A DNA stretch of 64,000 nt from Eledone cirrhosa (lineage: Eukaryota), in assembly GCA_964016885.1 (NCBI GenBank), contig OZ024754.1, forward strand, positions 38,192,001 to 38,256,000, written 5' to 3'. Below, piece after piece: positions 12,037 to 25,618 of this stretch; position 1 is the first letter of the stretch, and each line of letters begins with the position of its first letter. A program made the translations under genes and the position numbers. The notes below the pieces were generated by a model. The model was not told the DNA's origin, did not search any database, and was given only the letters and a program-made list of their open reading frames with translations.

Positions 12037-15000
12037 GCATCAGACTCTACACCCCAGTCTAGGTGGTGTATCTTAGCTGTACTCCACATTGCTGCAGGGA
12101 ACAGCCAGCCACACACGCTGCATCAGACTCTACACCCCAGTCTAGGTGGTGTATCTTAGCTGTACTCCACATTGTTGCAGGGAACAGCCAGCCACACACG
12201 CTGCATCAGACTCTACACCCCAGTCTAGGTGGTGTATCTTAGCTGTACTCCACATTGCTGCAGGGAACAGCCAGCCACACACGCTGCATCAGACTCTACA
12301 CCCCAGTCTAGGTGGTGTATCTTAGCTGTACTCCACATTGTTGCAGGGAACAGCCAGCCACACACGCTGCATCAGACTCTACACCCCAGTCTAGGTGGTG
12401 TATCTTAGCTGTACTCCACATTGCTGCAGGGAACAGCCAGCCACACACGCTGCATCAGACTCTACACCCCAGTCTAGGTGGTGTATCTTAGCTGTACTCC
12501 ACATTGTTGCAGGGAACAGCCAGCCACACACGCTGCATCAGACTCTACACCCCAGTCTAGGTGGTGTATCTTAGCTGTACTCCACATTGCTGCAGGGAAC
12601 AGCCAGCCACACACGCTGCATCAGACTCTACACCCCAGTCTAGGTGGTGTATCTTAGCTGTACTCCACATTGCTGCAGGGAACAGCCAGCCACACACGCT
12701 GCATCAGACTCTACACCCCAGTCTAGGTGGTGTATCTTAGCTGTATTCCACATTGCTGCAGGGAACAGCCAGCCACACACGCTGCATCAGACTCTACACC
12801 CCAGTCTAGGTGGTGTATCTTAGCTGTACTCCACATTGCTGCAGGGAACAGCCAGCTGTACACGCTGCATCAGACTCTACACCCCAGTCTAGGTGGTGTA
12901 TCTTAGCTGTACTCCACATTGCTGCAGGGAACAGCCAGCCACACACACTGCATCAGACTCTACACCCCAGTCTAGGTGGTGTATCTTAGCTGTACTCCAC
13001 ATTGCTGCAGGGAACAGCCAGCCACACACGCTGCATCAGACTCTACACCCCAGTCTAGGTGGTGTATCTTAGCTGTACTCCACATTGTTGCAGGGAACAG
13101 CCAGCCACACACGCTGCATCAGACTCTACACCCCAGTCTAGGTGGTGTATCTTAGCTGTACTCCACATTGCTGCAGGGAACAGCCAGCCACACACGCTGC
13201 ATCAGACTCTACACCCCAGTCTAGGTGGTGTATGTAAGCTGTACTCCACATTGCTGCAGGGAACAGCCAGCCACACACGCTGCATCAGACTCTACACCCC
13301 AGTCTAGGTGGTGTATCTTAGCTGTACTCCACATTGCTGCAGGGAACAGCCAGCCACACACGCTGCATCAGACTCTACACCCCAGTCTAGGTGGTGTATG
13401 TAAGCTGTACTCCACATTGCTGCAGGGAACAGCCAGCCACACACGCTGCATCAGACTCTACACCCCAGTCTAGGTGGTGTATCTTAGCTGTACTCCACAT
13501 TGCTGCAGGGAACAGCCAGCCACACACGCTGCATCAGACTCTACACCCCAGTCTAGGTGGTGTATGTAAGCTGTACTCCACATTGCTGCAGGGAACAGCC
13601 AGCCACACACGCTGCATCAGACTCTACACCCCAGTCTAGGTGGTGTATGTAAGCTGTACTCCACATTGTTGCAGGGAACAGCCAGCCACACACGCTGCAT
13701 CATACTCTACACCCCAGTCTAGGTGGTGTATGTAAGCTGTACTCCACATTGCTGCAGGGAACAGCCAGCCACACACGCTGCATCAGACTCTACACCCCAG
13801 TCTAGGTGGTGTATGTAAGCTGTATTCCACATTGCTGCAGGGAACAGCCAGCCACACACGCTGCATCAGACTCTACACCCCAGTCTAGGTGGTGTATCTT
13901 AGCTGTATTCCACATTGCTGCAGGGAACAGCCAGCCACACACGCTGCATCAGACTCTACACCCCAGTCTAGGTGGTGTATGTAAGCTGTACTCCACATTG
14001 TTGCAGGGAACAGCCAGCCACACACGCTGCATCAGACTCTACACCCCAGTCTAGGTGGTGTATCTTAGCTGTACTCCACATTGCTGCAGGGAACAGCCAG
14101 CCACACACGCTGCATCAGACTCTACACCCCAGTCTAGGTGGTGTATCTTAGCTGTACTCCACATTGCTGCAGGGAACAGCCAGCCACACACGCTGCATCA
14201 GACTCTACACCCCAGTCTAGGTGGTGTATCTTAGCTGTACTCCACATTGCTGCAGGGAACAGCCAGCCACACACGCTGCATCAGACTCTACACCCCAGTC
14301 TAGGTGGTGTATCTTAGCTGTACTCCACATTGCTGCAGGGAACAGCCAGCCACACACGCTGCATCAGACTCTACACCCCAGTCTAGGTGGTGTATCTTAG
14401 CTGTACTCCACATTGCTGCAGGGAACAGCCAGCCACACACGCTGCATCAGACTCTACACCCCAGTCTAGGTGGTGTATCTTAGCTGTATTCCACATTGCT
14501 GCAGGGAACAGCCAGCCACACACGCTGCATCAGACTCTACACCCCAGTCTAGGTGGTGTATCTTAGCTGTACTCCACATTGTTGCAGGGAACAGCCAGCC
14601 ACACACGCTGCATCAGACTCTACACCCCAGTCTAGGTGGTGTATCTTAGCTGTATTCCACATTGCTGCAGGGAACAGCCAGCCACACACGCTGCATCAGA
14701 CTCTACACCCCAGTCTAGGTGGTGTATCTTAGCTGTATTCCACATTGCTGCAGGGAACAGCCAGCCACACACGCTGCATCAGACTCTACACCCCAGTCTA
14801 GGTGGTGTATCTTAGCTGTACTCCACATTGCTGCAGGGAACAGCCAGCCACACACGCTGCATCAGACTCTACACCCCAGTCTAGGTGGTGTATCTTAGCT
14901 GTACTCCACATTGCTGCAGGGAACAGCCAGCCACACACGCTGCATCAGACTCTACACCCCAGTCTAGGTGGTGTATCTTAGCTGTACTCCACATTGTTGC

Positions 15001-16561
15001 AGGGAACAGCCAGCCGTACACGCTGCATCAGACTCTACACCCCAGTCTAGGTGGTGTATCTTAGCTGTATTCCACATTGCTGCAGGGAACAGCCAGCCAC
15101 ACACGCTGCATCAGACTCTACACCCCAGTCTAGGTGGTGTATCTTAGCTGTATTCCACATTGCTGCAGGGAACAGCCAGCCACACACGCTGCATCAGACT
15201 CTACACCCCAGTCTAGGTGGTGTATGTAAGCTGCACTCCACATTGCTGCAGGGAACAGCCAGCCACACACGCTGCATCAGACTCTACACCCCAGTCTAGG
15301 TGGTGTATCTTAGCTGTACTCCACATTGTTGCAGGGAACAGCCAGCCATACACGCTGCATCAGACTCTACACCCCAGTCTAGGTGGTGTATGTAAGCTGT
15401 ACTCCACATTGCTGCAGGGAACAGCCAGCCACACACGCTGCATCAGACTCTACACCCCAGTCTAGGTGGTGTATGTAAGCTGTACTCCACATTGCTGCAG
15501 GGAACAGCCAGCCACACACGCTGCATCAGACTCTACACCCAGTCTAGGTGGTGTATCTTAGCTGTACTCCACATTGCTGCAGGGAACAGCCAGCCACACA
15601 CGCTGCATCAGACTCTACACCCCAGTCTAGGTGGTGTATCTTAGCTGTACTCCACATTGTTGCAGGGAACAGCCAGCCACACACGCTGCATCAGACTCTA
15701 CACCCCAGTCTAGGTGGTGTATCTTAGCTGTACTCCACATTGCTGCAGGGAACAGCCAGCCACACACGCTGCATCAGACTCTACACCCCAGTCTAGGTGG
15801 TGTATCTTAGCTGTACTCCACATTGTTGCAGGGAATAGCCAGCCACACACGCTGCATCAGACTCTACACCCCAGTCTAGGTGGTGTATCTTAGCTGTACT
15901 CCACATTGCTGCAGGGAACAGCCAGCCACACACGCTGCATCAGACTCTACACCCCAGTCTAGGTGGTGTATCTTAGCTGTACTCCACATTGCTGCAGGGA
16001 ACAGCCAGCCACACACGCTGCATCAGACTCTACACCCCAGTCTAGGTGGTGTATCTTAGCTGTACTCCACATTGTTGCAGGGAACAGCCAGCCACACACG
16101 CTGCATCAGACTCTACACCCCAGTCTAGGTGGTGTATCTTAGCTGTATTCCACATTGCTGCAGGGAACAGCCAGCCACACACGCTGCATCAGACTCTACA
16201 CCCCAGTCTAGGTGGTGTATCTTAGCTGTACTCCACATTGCTGCAGGGAACAGCCAGCCACACACGCTGCATCAGACTCTACACCCCAGTCTAGGTGGTG
16301 TATGTAAGCTGTACTCCACATTGCTGCAGGGAACAGCCAGCCACACACGCTGCATCAGACTCTACACCCCAGTCTAGGTGGTGTATGTAAGCTGTACTCC
16401 ACATTGCTGCAGGGAACAGCCAGCCACACACGCTGCATCAGACTCTACACCCCAGTCTAGGTGGTGTATCTTAGCTGTACTCCACATTGCTGCAGGGAAC
16501 AGCCAGCCGTACACGCTGCATCAGACTCTACACCCCAGTCTAGGTGGTGTATGTAAGCTGT
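12037..16561. repeat. 83-bp tandem satellite, about 54 copies, in an RNase T2 intron
   Basis: Unit gcatcagactctacaccccagtctaggtggtgtatcttagctgtactccacattgctgcagggaacagccagccacacacgct, with few variants (tatctta/tatgtaa, gtactcc/gtattcc, ttgctg/ttgttg). Confidence 0.97.
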
Positions 16562-17439
16562 GCTATGAGGAGGGACAGGCCACTTGGCTGTGCTGAACCC
16601 TCCTCACAGTGGCACCCCAGTTTCTGAGTTGGACACTCTACATGTAAGGAACCTTTCTCATTACGAAATAACAATGTGTGAGCTAGTGGCACCCCAGTTT
16701 TGTAGCCGGGTACTCTCCATGCAGCTGTGTGAGCCTAGGACTGGGTGACACCACTACGAGGGGGGACAAGTGGTTCCACTGTGATAAGGGTTTGGCGCAG
16801 CCAACTGGCCTGTCCCTCCTCATAGTGGTGCCATCCAAAGCCAGGCTCCCAAACTGTGACTCCACACCTGTCCCTCCTCATAGCGGTGTCATCCAGTACT
16901 GGACCCTAAAACTGTGAGATGGGTTAGGTTCCTTGTATTGGTGCCATCCAGTACTGGGCTCTAAAACTATGGTTCCACTGTGTGATGGGTCGGCTCCAAA
17001 AATATGGTCCTGTTGTGAGACGGGTTCAGCGCAGCCAACTGGCCAGTCCGTCCTCATAACGGACCCATCCAGTTCCACACTGTAAACACCCAGCTAAATT
17101 TAGAGTCCTCGCCGGAGCAAGGTATGACAGATGGCCAACCCTGGTCAGACTTGCCTCCTGGCATGGACAACCTATCTAACCCAAGCAAATGTTGAAAAAT
17201 TGACATTCAACGGAAATGATGATGATGATCGTTAGAGATGAACATTTTCTTTCGATACATAGGGTTTCAATTGGTTTAATCTCCACTTATTAAAAGAAGG
17301 CACATGGCTTTGTGGTTAAGGTATTCGGCTCACAACCGTAAGGTCGTGAGTTCAATTCCTGGCGATGTGTAGTGTCCTTGAGCAAGACACTTATATATTC
17401 AATATTATTTCCATCGTTATTGACGCCATTAGCCCACTA

Positions 17440-18190
17440 GTTCTTGCTCTTGCTTGATGAGACTGAGGTCATCCTAAGTCAGTGATCCCAGAGACATCAT
17501 CATTCATAGAGACAACAAGGTCTAACCCCCCCATCACTAGCGGTCCCATGCCAGCCCCTCTGCATCCTCCAATGTAATGTTGAGCCTCTGGAGATCTTCA
17601 TTGATGACATCCAGTCATCTAGTGTGGGGTCTGCTGCAGGGCCTCTTCCAACCTGTAGCTGCTGCATCAAATGAGAATAAGGCCCTGGTAGAATGATCTC
17701 ATGGCAGGTAGAGGACATGTACCTAGCAGCACATGTGGCAGATGTCTATGAGGCAAGAAGCTGCAGGCTGATGTGTGTGTGTACGCAACTCTTTGTTGGA
17801 AACAAGGTGGTACCATCAGATGTTCTTGATGGTCCTCAGGGTTTGGCTATCAAAGCCGTCAATCCTCTTTGATAGGGTCTTTGTGAGGGGCCATGTTACT
17901 GCTTCATAGAGGAGAGGACCAACACATAGATACAAAGCTTCATCCTCTGGGAGATAGAGTAGTGGTGCTAAAGGGGGCTCCAATAGGGAGTGCATGACCT
18001 TGGCAGCCAAAACCACATCCGTGGTTGATCTCCAGAGTCAAGTCTCCATAGTTGGTGACTGTCAAACCCAGGTAAATGGAGGAGTTGACACAACTCCATG
18101 AAAATGGAGCCAATATGAAGCGGGGGGTGAATCTGGACCATCGCCGTCACGCATCAGTTTGGGTCTTTGCCCACCTCATCTGAAGGCCAA
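17440..18190 (-). mobile_element. Decayed RTE-like LINE fragment
   Basis: LLYEAVTWPLTKTLSKRIDGFDSQTLRTI and related RTE C-terminal motifs with frameshifts. Confidence 0.7.
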
Positions 18191-18350
18191 GTCTACTAGT
18201 TGATATAATATATTTAGGAGGATTGCTTTGAAAGCTAAACAATGTGAGTGTGATCAAAAAGTAAGTAAAAACTTGGTTTTTACTCAAAATATTTTCAACC
18301 ATAACAGATTTTGATCATTGATGTTAGATTATAGTTTTAGTAGCAGAAGT

Positions 18351-18680
18351 AGAGGCATATGGCTCAGTGGTTAGAGCATTGGCCTTGCAATCGAAAGGTT
18401 GTGAGTTCAATTCTCAGACCGGGTGATGTGTTGTTTCCTTGAGCAAGACACTTTATTTCACATTGCTCCAGTTCACTCAGCTGTAGAAATGAGATGATAG
18501 GGATCCCAGTCCCTATCACTCCACTGCAAAGTGGTCGTGGAGGTGCCACGGCAAAAAAGCACCCAGCACTCACTGTAAATGAGGTTGGCGTTAGGAAGGG
18601 CATCCAGCTGTAGAAATCAAGCCAGAATCAGTTCCCGTCCCACCCTTGCAAGCAGGGAAAAGCGGACGTAAATTGAAATT
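18351..18680 (+). mobile_element. tRNA-derived CORE-type SINE with RTE-like tail
   Basis: tggctcagtggttagagc...gagttcaattc, CORE-like segment, ggttggcgttaggaagggcatcc tail. Confidence 0.85.
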
Positions 18681-18797
18681 GAAATGAAACGAAGTAGAAT
18701 TGGTTCATCATTTTTTCAAAGTAAATGGCGATTCCAATACATTAACAAAGAATTATAAATAAAAGTATAATAAAATTTAAAAATATATTTCACTTAC

Positions 18798-18859
18798 ATA
18801 TCAAGAAAACCAAGCAGAAAAATCACTGCAATCACACTTACACCTTGGGTGAGCTTCAT
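18798..18859 (-). CDS. RNASET2: RNase T2 coding exon 1 (signal peptide)
   Basis: ATG at 18859; MKLTQGVSVIAVIFLLGFLD is hydrophobic. The donor AT|gtaagt is phase 2, matching the next exon. An acceptor-like ttcag 6 nt upstream implies an additional 5' UTR exon. Confidence 0.8.
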
Positions 18860-19020
18860 TTTTCACTGAAATTAAATATATTGATAATAAATAATTGTTT
18901 CTACATTAGGCACAAGGCCAGCAATTACCCAGTGTATTACTGGTACTTTATTTTATCGACCCCGTAAGGATGAAAGGCTAAGTTAACCTCGGCGGGATTT
19001 ATTGATAATAAATAATGACA

Positions 19021-19088
19021 CATATTAAAGGCTGAGCAGCCTAATTTGCATATCGATATGCAAATTAGGCTGCTCAGCCTTTAATATG
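19021..19088. repeat. Perfect 68-bp palindrome without a loop
   Basis: catattaaaggctgagcagcctaatttgcatatc|gatatgcaaattaggctgctcagcctttaatatg. Confidence 0.95.
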
Positions 19089-19139
19089 CATAAGGAAAGT
19101 ATATACTTTCAGACGTTCAATCATCTGGCAGGAAGGTAT

Positions 19140-19182
19140 ACGCTGCTGACGATAGCTAATAAGCTTGAAACTAGTACAGCGT
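19140..19182 (+). ncRNA. Minimal hammerhead motif
   Basis: ACGCUG-CUGACGA-uAGCuaauaaGCUu-GAAA-CUAG-UA-CAGCGU; 6-bp stem I, palindromic ACUAGU stem III, GUA cleavage triplet. Confidence 0.8.
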
Positions 19183-19424
19183 TCTTTTGTCAGTGTTGAA
19201 AAAATGAGCAACGATGGTTGCTAGACACTGTACGGCTTAATTCGGGATGTTTGTTTACAAACACACCGAGCATTATAATAAATGTTCCGTGAATCCATAT
19301 GTACATGTATATATGTGTGCATGTATGTATATATATATACATACTACTGTACGTCTGTATACATATATGTATGTACGTATACATACTTATATATATATAT
19401 ATATATATATACATATATATAAAT

Positions 19425-19771
19425 AGGAGGCACATGGCTTAGTGGTTAGAGCATTGGCCTTGCAATCGAAAGGTTGTGAGTTCAATTCTCAGACCGGGTG
19501 ATGTGTTGTTTCCTTGAGCAAGACACTTTATTTCACATTGCTCCAGTTTACTCAGCTGTAGAAATGAGATGATAGGGACAGGGCTCCCTATCATTCCACT
19601 TCAAAGTGGTCGTGGAGGTGCCACGGCAAAAAAGCACCCAGCACTCACTGTAAATGAGGTTGGTGTTAGGAAGGGCATCCAGCTGTAGAAATCAAGCCAG
19701 CATCAGTTCCCGTCCCACCCTTGCAAGCAGGGAAAAAGCGAACGTAAAATGAAATGATGATGATGATGATG
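19425..19771 (+). mobile_element. CORE-type SINE
   Basis: Near-identical to 18351-18680; ends in (GAT)n. Confidence 0.85.
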
Positions 19772-19960
19772 ATAGGAAAATGTATGACCCCAACGGCAGA
19801 GCTCAAGCCGTTTCGACGGTTATTTCTGGAATAGCCGTCGAAACGGCTTGAGCTCTGCCGTCGGGGTCATACCTTTCCTATTTCCCACTCTACTACCCTA
19901 AGTATTGAGTACTCTGGTGCGTTATGGTCCATCTGGTTCCTTACCACAATTCCTTCGTTA
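19772..19960 (+). mobile_element. Palindrome-headed, (TA)n-tailed element (family also at 24361-24540 and 49800-50002)
   Basis: ~110-bp imperfect palindrome at 19772-19881, then the tail cccactctactaccctaagtattgagtactctggtgcgttatggtccatc...ttcgtta(TA)n. Confidence 0.65.
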
Positions 19961-20117
19961 TATATATATATATATATATATATGCAGAGGTTATATTTAA
20001 TTTGTTGGGATTCAACAAGCTTAAACATTTTTATAACTGATATAAAGCACTCAAGAGTTTAGTGGAGTAAATATACAATATATTAATAAATGGAAACTAT
20101 ATTTATAAAACCATATT

Positions 20118-20183
20118 TATTTTATTATACATATTTCAAGGGCAACCAAGGCAAATTATGGTGCGCTTTCATCAGATAAAATA
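20118..20183 (-). ncRNA. Minimal hammerhead motif (left arm)
   Basis: UAUUUUAU-CUGAUGA-aagcgcacca..ugguugcccuu-GAAA-UAUGUA-UA-AUAAAAUA on the minus strand; same family as 7942-8511. Confidence 0.72.
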
Positions 20184-20294
20184 CAGATTTGTTTTATAAA
20201 TATTGACATACCCAGAAAAAAACACAACCTTAACGGTTGGAGCTTCCTGGGTAGCTTCCCGGGTATGTCAATATTTATTTATAAAACAAATCTG

Positions 20295-20360
20295 TATTTT
20301 ATCTGATGAAAGCGCACCATAATTTGCCTTGGTGGCCATTGAAATATGTATAATAAAATA
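20295..20360 (+). ncRNA. Minimal hammerhead motif (right arm)
   Basis: CUGAUGA at 20303, GAAA at 20341; stem I tattttat/ataaaata. Confidence 0.7.
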
Positions 20361-20398
20361 AATATGGTTTTATAAATATAGTTTCCATTTATTAATAT

Positions 20399-20453
<55 letters not shown>

Positions 20454-22069
20454 GGAGATCTCTCTGCACTTGTCGTCACAAGGTACCATGGGCCCAGCAC
20501 TATGTGTCAATAATTGTCACAAGTGTAGTGTTTGTACCAGAGTTTTCAAGTCGCTGGCTGGACTAAGAAGTCACACTCGTTCAGCGCATTGGTAGGGGTT
20601 CTCTTACATGGATATAAAGTAGTGGCCGTACTCGAAAACGAGTTGGCAGCCACCATATATATATCTGTTAGAACACGAAAAGTGTGAAACAACAGAATGT
20701 TCACTTTTCGTGTTCTAACATATATGCCTAGCTTCTTTAAAAATTTTTCGGGGATAGCCGTGGTGGTGGTGATCGTATGTCATTGGCTAATTTTCAACCA
20801 ATCAGAGTACCTCTCTCTATATCTCTTCCACTGTTACTTACGCCTGTTTCTCTCTATCTGTTCCGTCTCTATATATATCTCTTACTCTTTCGCTTTGCAC
20901 TCCTCCCCTTCAATACCATCTCTCCCCCTCTCTATATATTTGTTACTCTATCGCTGCACGCTCCTCTCCTTCAATATATCAATTACACACGCTTTACACT
21001 CCTTTATCCCCAGCGCCCCTATATATACACACCCCCCTCTCCCGCATCTATATTTTAATGTACCGTTGCACCGTGAATATATGTGTCTATATATATATAC
21101 ATATATATTGTATATACACATTCATGTATGTGTATACACACTCATGTATGTATATACACTGGTTTTATGTGTGTATTGTAAATTTGTACTGTTAAAACAC
21201 GAAACTAACATTCGATTGACACTTTGATTACCTGTACAGGCAATAGTTATTAGAATGCTGTTGAAGTGTGTATATATTTTGGGGGGACATCCTGTATATA
21301 CACACATTATATATAATACAATAAACAGATAAATACACACATATATATATGAGCTTATTTAATTATAAATATTGTGAATTTTTAACTCAGTTCAATTATA
21401 TATATAAATGGCTTCTACAGGACTAGAACTGTTTCATTCGAAAGAAATCATCATAATATTGAGAGGGGGGACTAGATAAAATATTTCAAATCAAATGTGT
21501 ATAAGTTATAAGTTAAAATGTATAAATAGAGACGATAGTGGAGGTATATCTGTTTAGTGGAACAGTAGACGATAGAATTAACTACAGACGAGAATCTCCC
21601 TTTAATGAAACAGCAGACGATAGAATTAAGGCAATTTAAATTTTAAGCATTTGCATTTTTGCCTTTCATCGTTACGGGGTCGATAAAATAAAGTACCAGT
21701 AATACACTGTCACTAGACGACTTTCAAATTGAATTGTTGGTTCCATTTCTTTAGTATTTTCAATTGTAGTTATCTACTTAAAAAGCGTTACACGGTTAGA
21801 GACATAATTCGTAAGTTATATCTTCCCTATTAAACCATTGCATTATTTCGCCTACAATAGAACAAAAATGAAATGTTCTTTAAAGAAACAGGAATATAAC
21901 TTTATAAAAAAAAAAGTTGCATCCGCTTCTTTTATCATTGATAATTTTTTCGTTTTAATATTAATTGTTTTTTGTAGTTGTTTATATTAAAAATCTTACT
22001 GTAATATTTACTTAAACGAAGGCAGACATCTAAACTTATAGATTAATCTTGAGCGAAGGACTAGATAAA

Positions 22070-22148
<79 letters not shown>

Positions 22149-23371
22149 GAAGAATGATAACATTTCAAGCAAAGAGTTTAATTAGGTAATGACTTACAAA
22201 TTTGTTTCAGTATATAGACAAAGCCTGAAGCGCTAATTATAATAATTAGTTAATAATATTACAAAATATATTAATATTATATTAAATATATACTGAAACC
22301 AATCAGTTTAGCAGAAAGTTTCCAGACAAGAAACACGCATATTTTGCTATCCTCAAACACGTTTACACATGGCACGAAATATAACTAATCCGAGATGGCT
22401 AGGTTTCATCTTCTAACTGGATATACGAAATCCATTATGTCTTGACAACAACATGAGGTAACATTATGTTATTCACAGACACACTTTGTACACTGTTCCA
22501 TATCAGAATGTATTTCCTTCGTCACATTCACAAACGGTATTGAAAATATGTTCTTCGGCAAATAAAAATGTTTTGTTCATAATATTTCAACTAGCGATTG
22601 CTCTACTCCACGCACGACCACCATAAATTAATGACCAGCTCAACACAAGTATTGGTAGAGCGTCAGACACCATGCTTTGCAGTATTGTTATGGTCCTTTG
22701 CATTCTAAGTTCAAATCCTGCCGAGGTTAACTTCGACTTTCATACTTACTAATTCGATAAAATAAAGTACCAGTAATGGACTGCCGTAATGGATTTGTGC
22801 CGAAAAATAGAAACACTATTAATGTGCAATAAGACCAAAATATAACGACATTGCTCAATTATTTTATCTAATGTTGTAATAACACAAGGAAATGTTGTTT
22901 GTGTATTTTTTTTTATATTTGCTCATAGGCTTTTACAATTTCGCTCAGCCAACAACTATTAAAAAGTGAGTTGCTTAAGATAACAATTTAATCACAAATT
23001 GTTGCTATCTTTTAATACACTCCAACAAGTCGTCAAATTATGTACAATAAAAACAAATCTTATTAATTTGCTCAGGGAATATAAAGAAAATGTATATACA
23101 CTGATAATTGCAATTGTATGTAAATATTTTGTTTTTGTATTGTATATTTTATGTTTTCTATTATGTATAATATATTGATTTAATATTGATTGTTTTTTGT
23201 AGTTGTTTATATTAAAAGTCTGAAAATATTTTTATACATCTTACACTAATATTTATAAGATAATTTATAATAACAATTACATAATCTAATTACATTACAA
23301 CGATAATTTATTATTAATATATATCCTGTTTAACTAGAGTTATTACAAGCGTTGCCTTAAAAAAATATTAA

Positions 23372-24326
23372 ACTAGACATGAAAAATGCGCAAGCTCAAA
23401 AGTGCCACAGAATGTTATAATAAACCTTCAAAAGTGTGGGACTAGAGTTGTTGCTAAAAAATATTGTAATCATTATATATCGTACATTCTGTGGCATCCT
23501 TTATAAAAATAGCTTAAACCAACGAAGCCTTTATTTTTACGCTATTTCACTTAGTTAATTCTTAGAGTGTAACATATAAAAATAAATACATCTATGTTTA
23601 ATGTAATAACAGCTATAAATAATTACGTAATATTATTATCATATACTCATAGTAACAAAATAATTGTGTTGAAACTTAATATGATGCTTATATGAACGAT
23701 CAAATCTATAATGATAATTTCTTAAATATACTAATAGTAAAATAATTTAGTTATCTATTGTTACATTTTCATAGAACTATAATATTAACAATCGTATTGC
23801 ATTATCAAATTTTTATCACTACAAACTTTCATATTGGAATTACCTTAAGCCACTTATTATTACTTCGCTTTCGTACTTTTACAGCTGTAGATATTGCGCT
23901 GTATCTTATATCTAATATCAATATCTCGTGGTAATTTGCATGAAGTGTAAAATAGGTTTATTAATAACTTTAATATGAAATGTATTATACAGGGCTGCGG
24001 AGTCGGCCAAAAATTGACTGGCTCCAACTCAGGATCCGATATTCCATTATTTCCTAAATTTCAGCTCCGCAGCTCTGTTATTATATTAATTAATTTATTT
24101 TATAGTTGTAAATCATATTTTTATATGTTACACTCTAAGAATTAACTAAGTGAAATAGCGTAAAAATAAAGGCTTCGTTGGTTTAAGCTATTTTTATAAA
24201 GGATGCCACAGAATGTACGATATATAATGATTACAATATTTTTTAGCAACAACTCTAGTCCCACACTTTTGAAGGTTTATTATAACATTCTGTGGCACTT
24301 TTGAGCTTGCGCATTTTTCATGTCTA

Positions 24327-24328
<2 letters not shown>
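23372..24328. repeat. 213-bp inverted duplication with a 531-bp spacer
   Basis: 23372-23584 is the reverse complement of 24116-24328; the right arm abuts (TA)n. Confidence 0.9.
23990..24077. mobile_element. Small hAT-like MITE
   Basis: TIR cagggctgcggag / ctccgcagctctg; 8-bp TSD gtattata/ttattata. Confidence 0.7.
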
Positions 24329-25289
<961 letters not shown>

Positions 25290-25386
25290 TATATATATAT
25301 ATATTTAGTTATGTAATAAACAACATAAGGCAATTATTAAACCTAGGTTTTTAAAATCCAAATTCAATAAACAGACCAGGATTTTT

Positions 25387-25443
25387 TCATTCTGAGGATT
25401 GAAAGCAAAATCTTTTTGCTTTTAAGAAACCACTGGTAAATGG
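25387..25443 (+). ncRNA. Type-I hammerhead motif
   Basis: CAUU-CUGAGGA-UUGAAAGCAAAA/UUUUGCUUUUAA (about 12-bp stem II)-GAAA-CCACUGG-UA-AAUG; GUA triplet. Confidence 0.78.
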
Positions 25444-25540
25444 AATAATTGCCTTATGTTGTTTATTACATAACTATTAAGCTCTGTTACCTACATAGAG
25501 CACTCTTTTTCCTGGACTTTTCCGACGGAATTACTTCATT

Positions 25541-25618
<78 letters not shown>

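Larger units (their letters stand above)
51..18859 (-). other. RNASET2: Ribonuclease T2 gene span (coding exons 1-6; 3' part continues beyond the left edge)
   Basis: Six GT-AG exons join in phase to MKLTQGVSVIAVIFLLGFLDIRASCDHSFDYYVFSQQWPSSVCIAANEKRISCDIPSKVKSWVIHGLWPSKHTHSPQFCNSSYHFNESEIKSLEDELEIHWPNLYTKTKETSFWKHEWEKHGTCSEDNPYILNEKSYFEMGIKLNKKYNLK. This gives a signal peptide plus RNase T2 CAS I and CAS II. Confidence 0.95.
19983..20407. mobile_element. (TA)n-flanked fold-back hammerhead element, second copy
   Basis: Arms at about 20071-20213 and 20261-20407; same tail and hammerhead family as 7808-8299. Confidence 0.65.

Noticed and set aside
12037-16561. CRISPR-like array or repeated 82-aa ORFs
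   Set aside because: Units are contiguous with no unique spacers and no cas genes. The 83-bp period is not a multiple of 3, and the ORFs arise from a single stop-removing variant. There is no hammerhead either (CUGAUGC on the minus strand, no GAAA).
18351-18425. tRNA gene (A and B boxes, TGC anticodon-like loop)
   Set aside because: No proper acceptor stem, and it continues into a SINE body present in many copies. The same applies to the other SINE heads.
21425-21460. Possible minus-strand hammerhead (aUGAUGA-uuuc..gaau-GAAA-cag)
   Set aside because: Core C3 is missing and there is no stem I; too degenerate to call.
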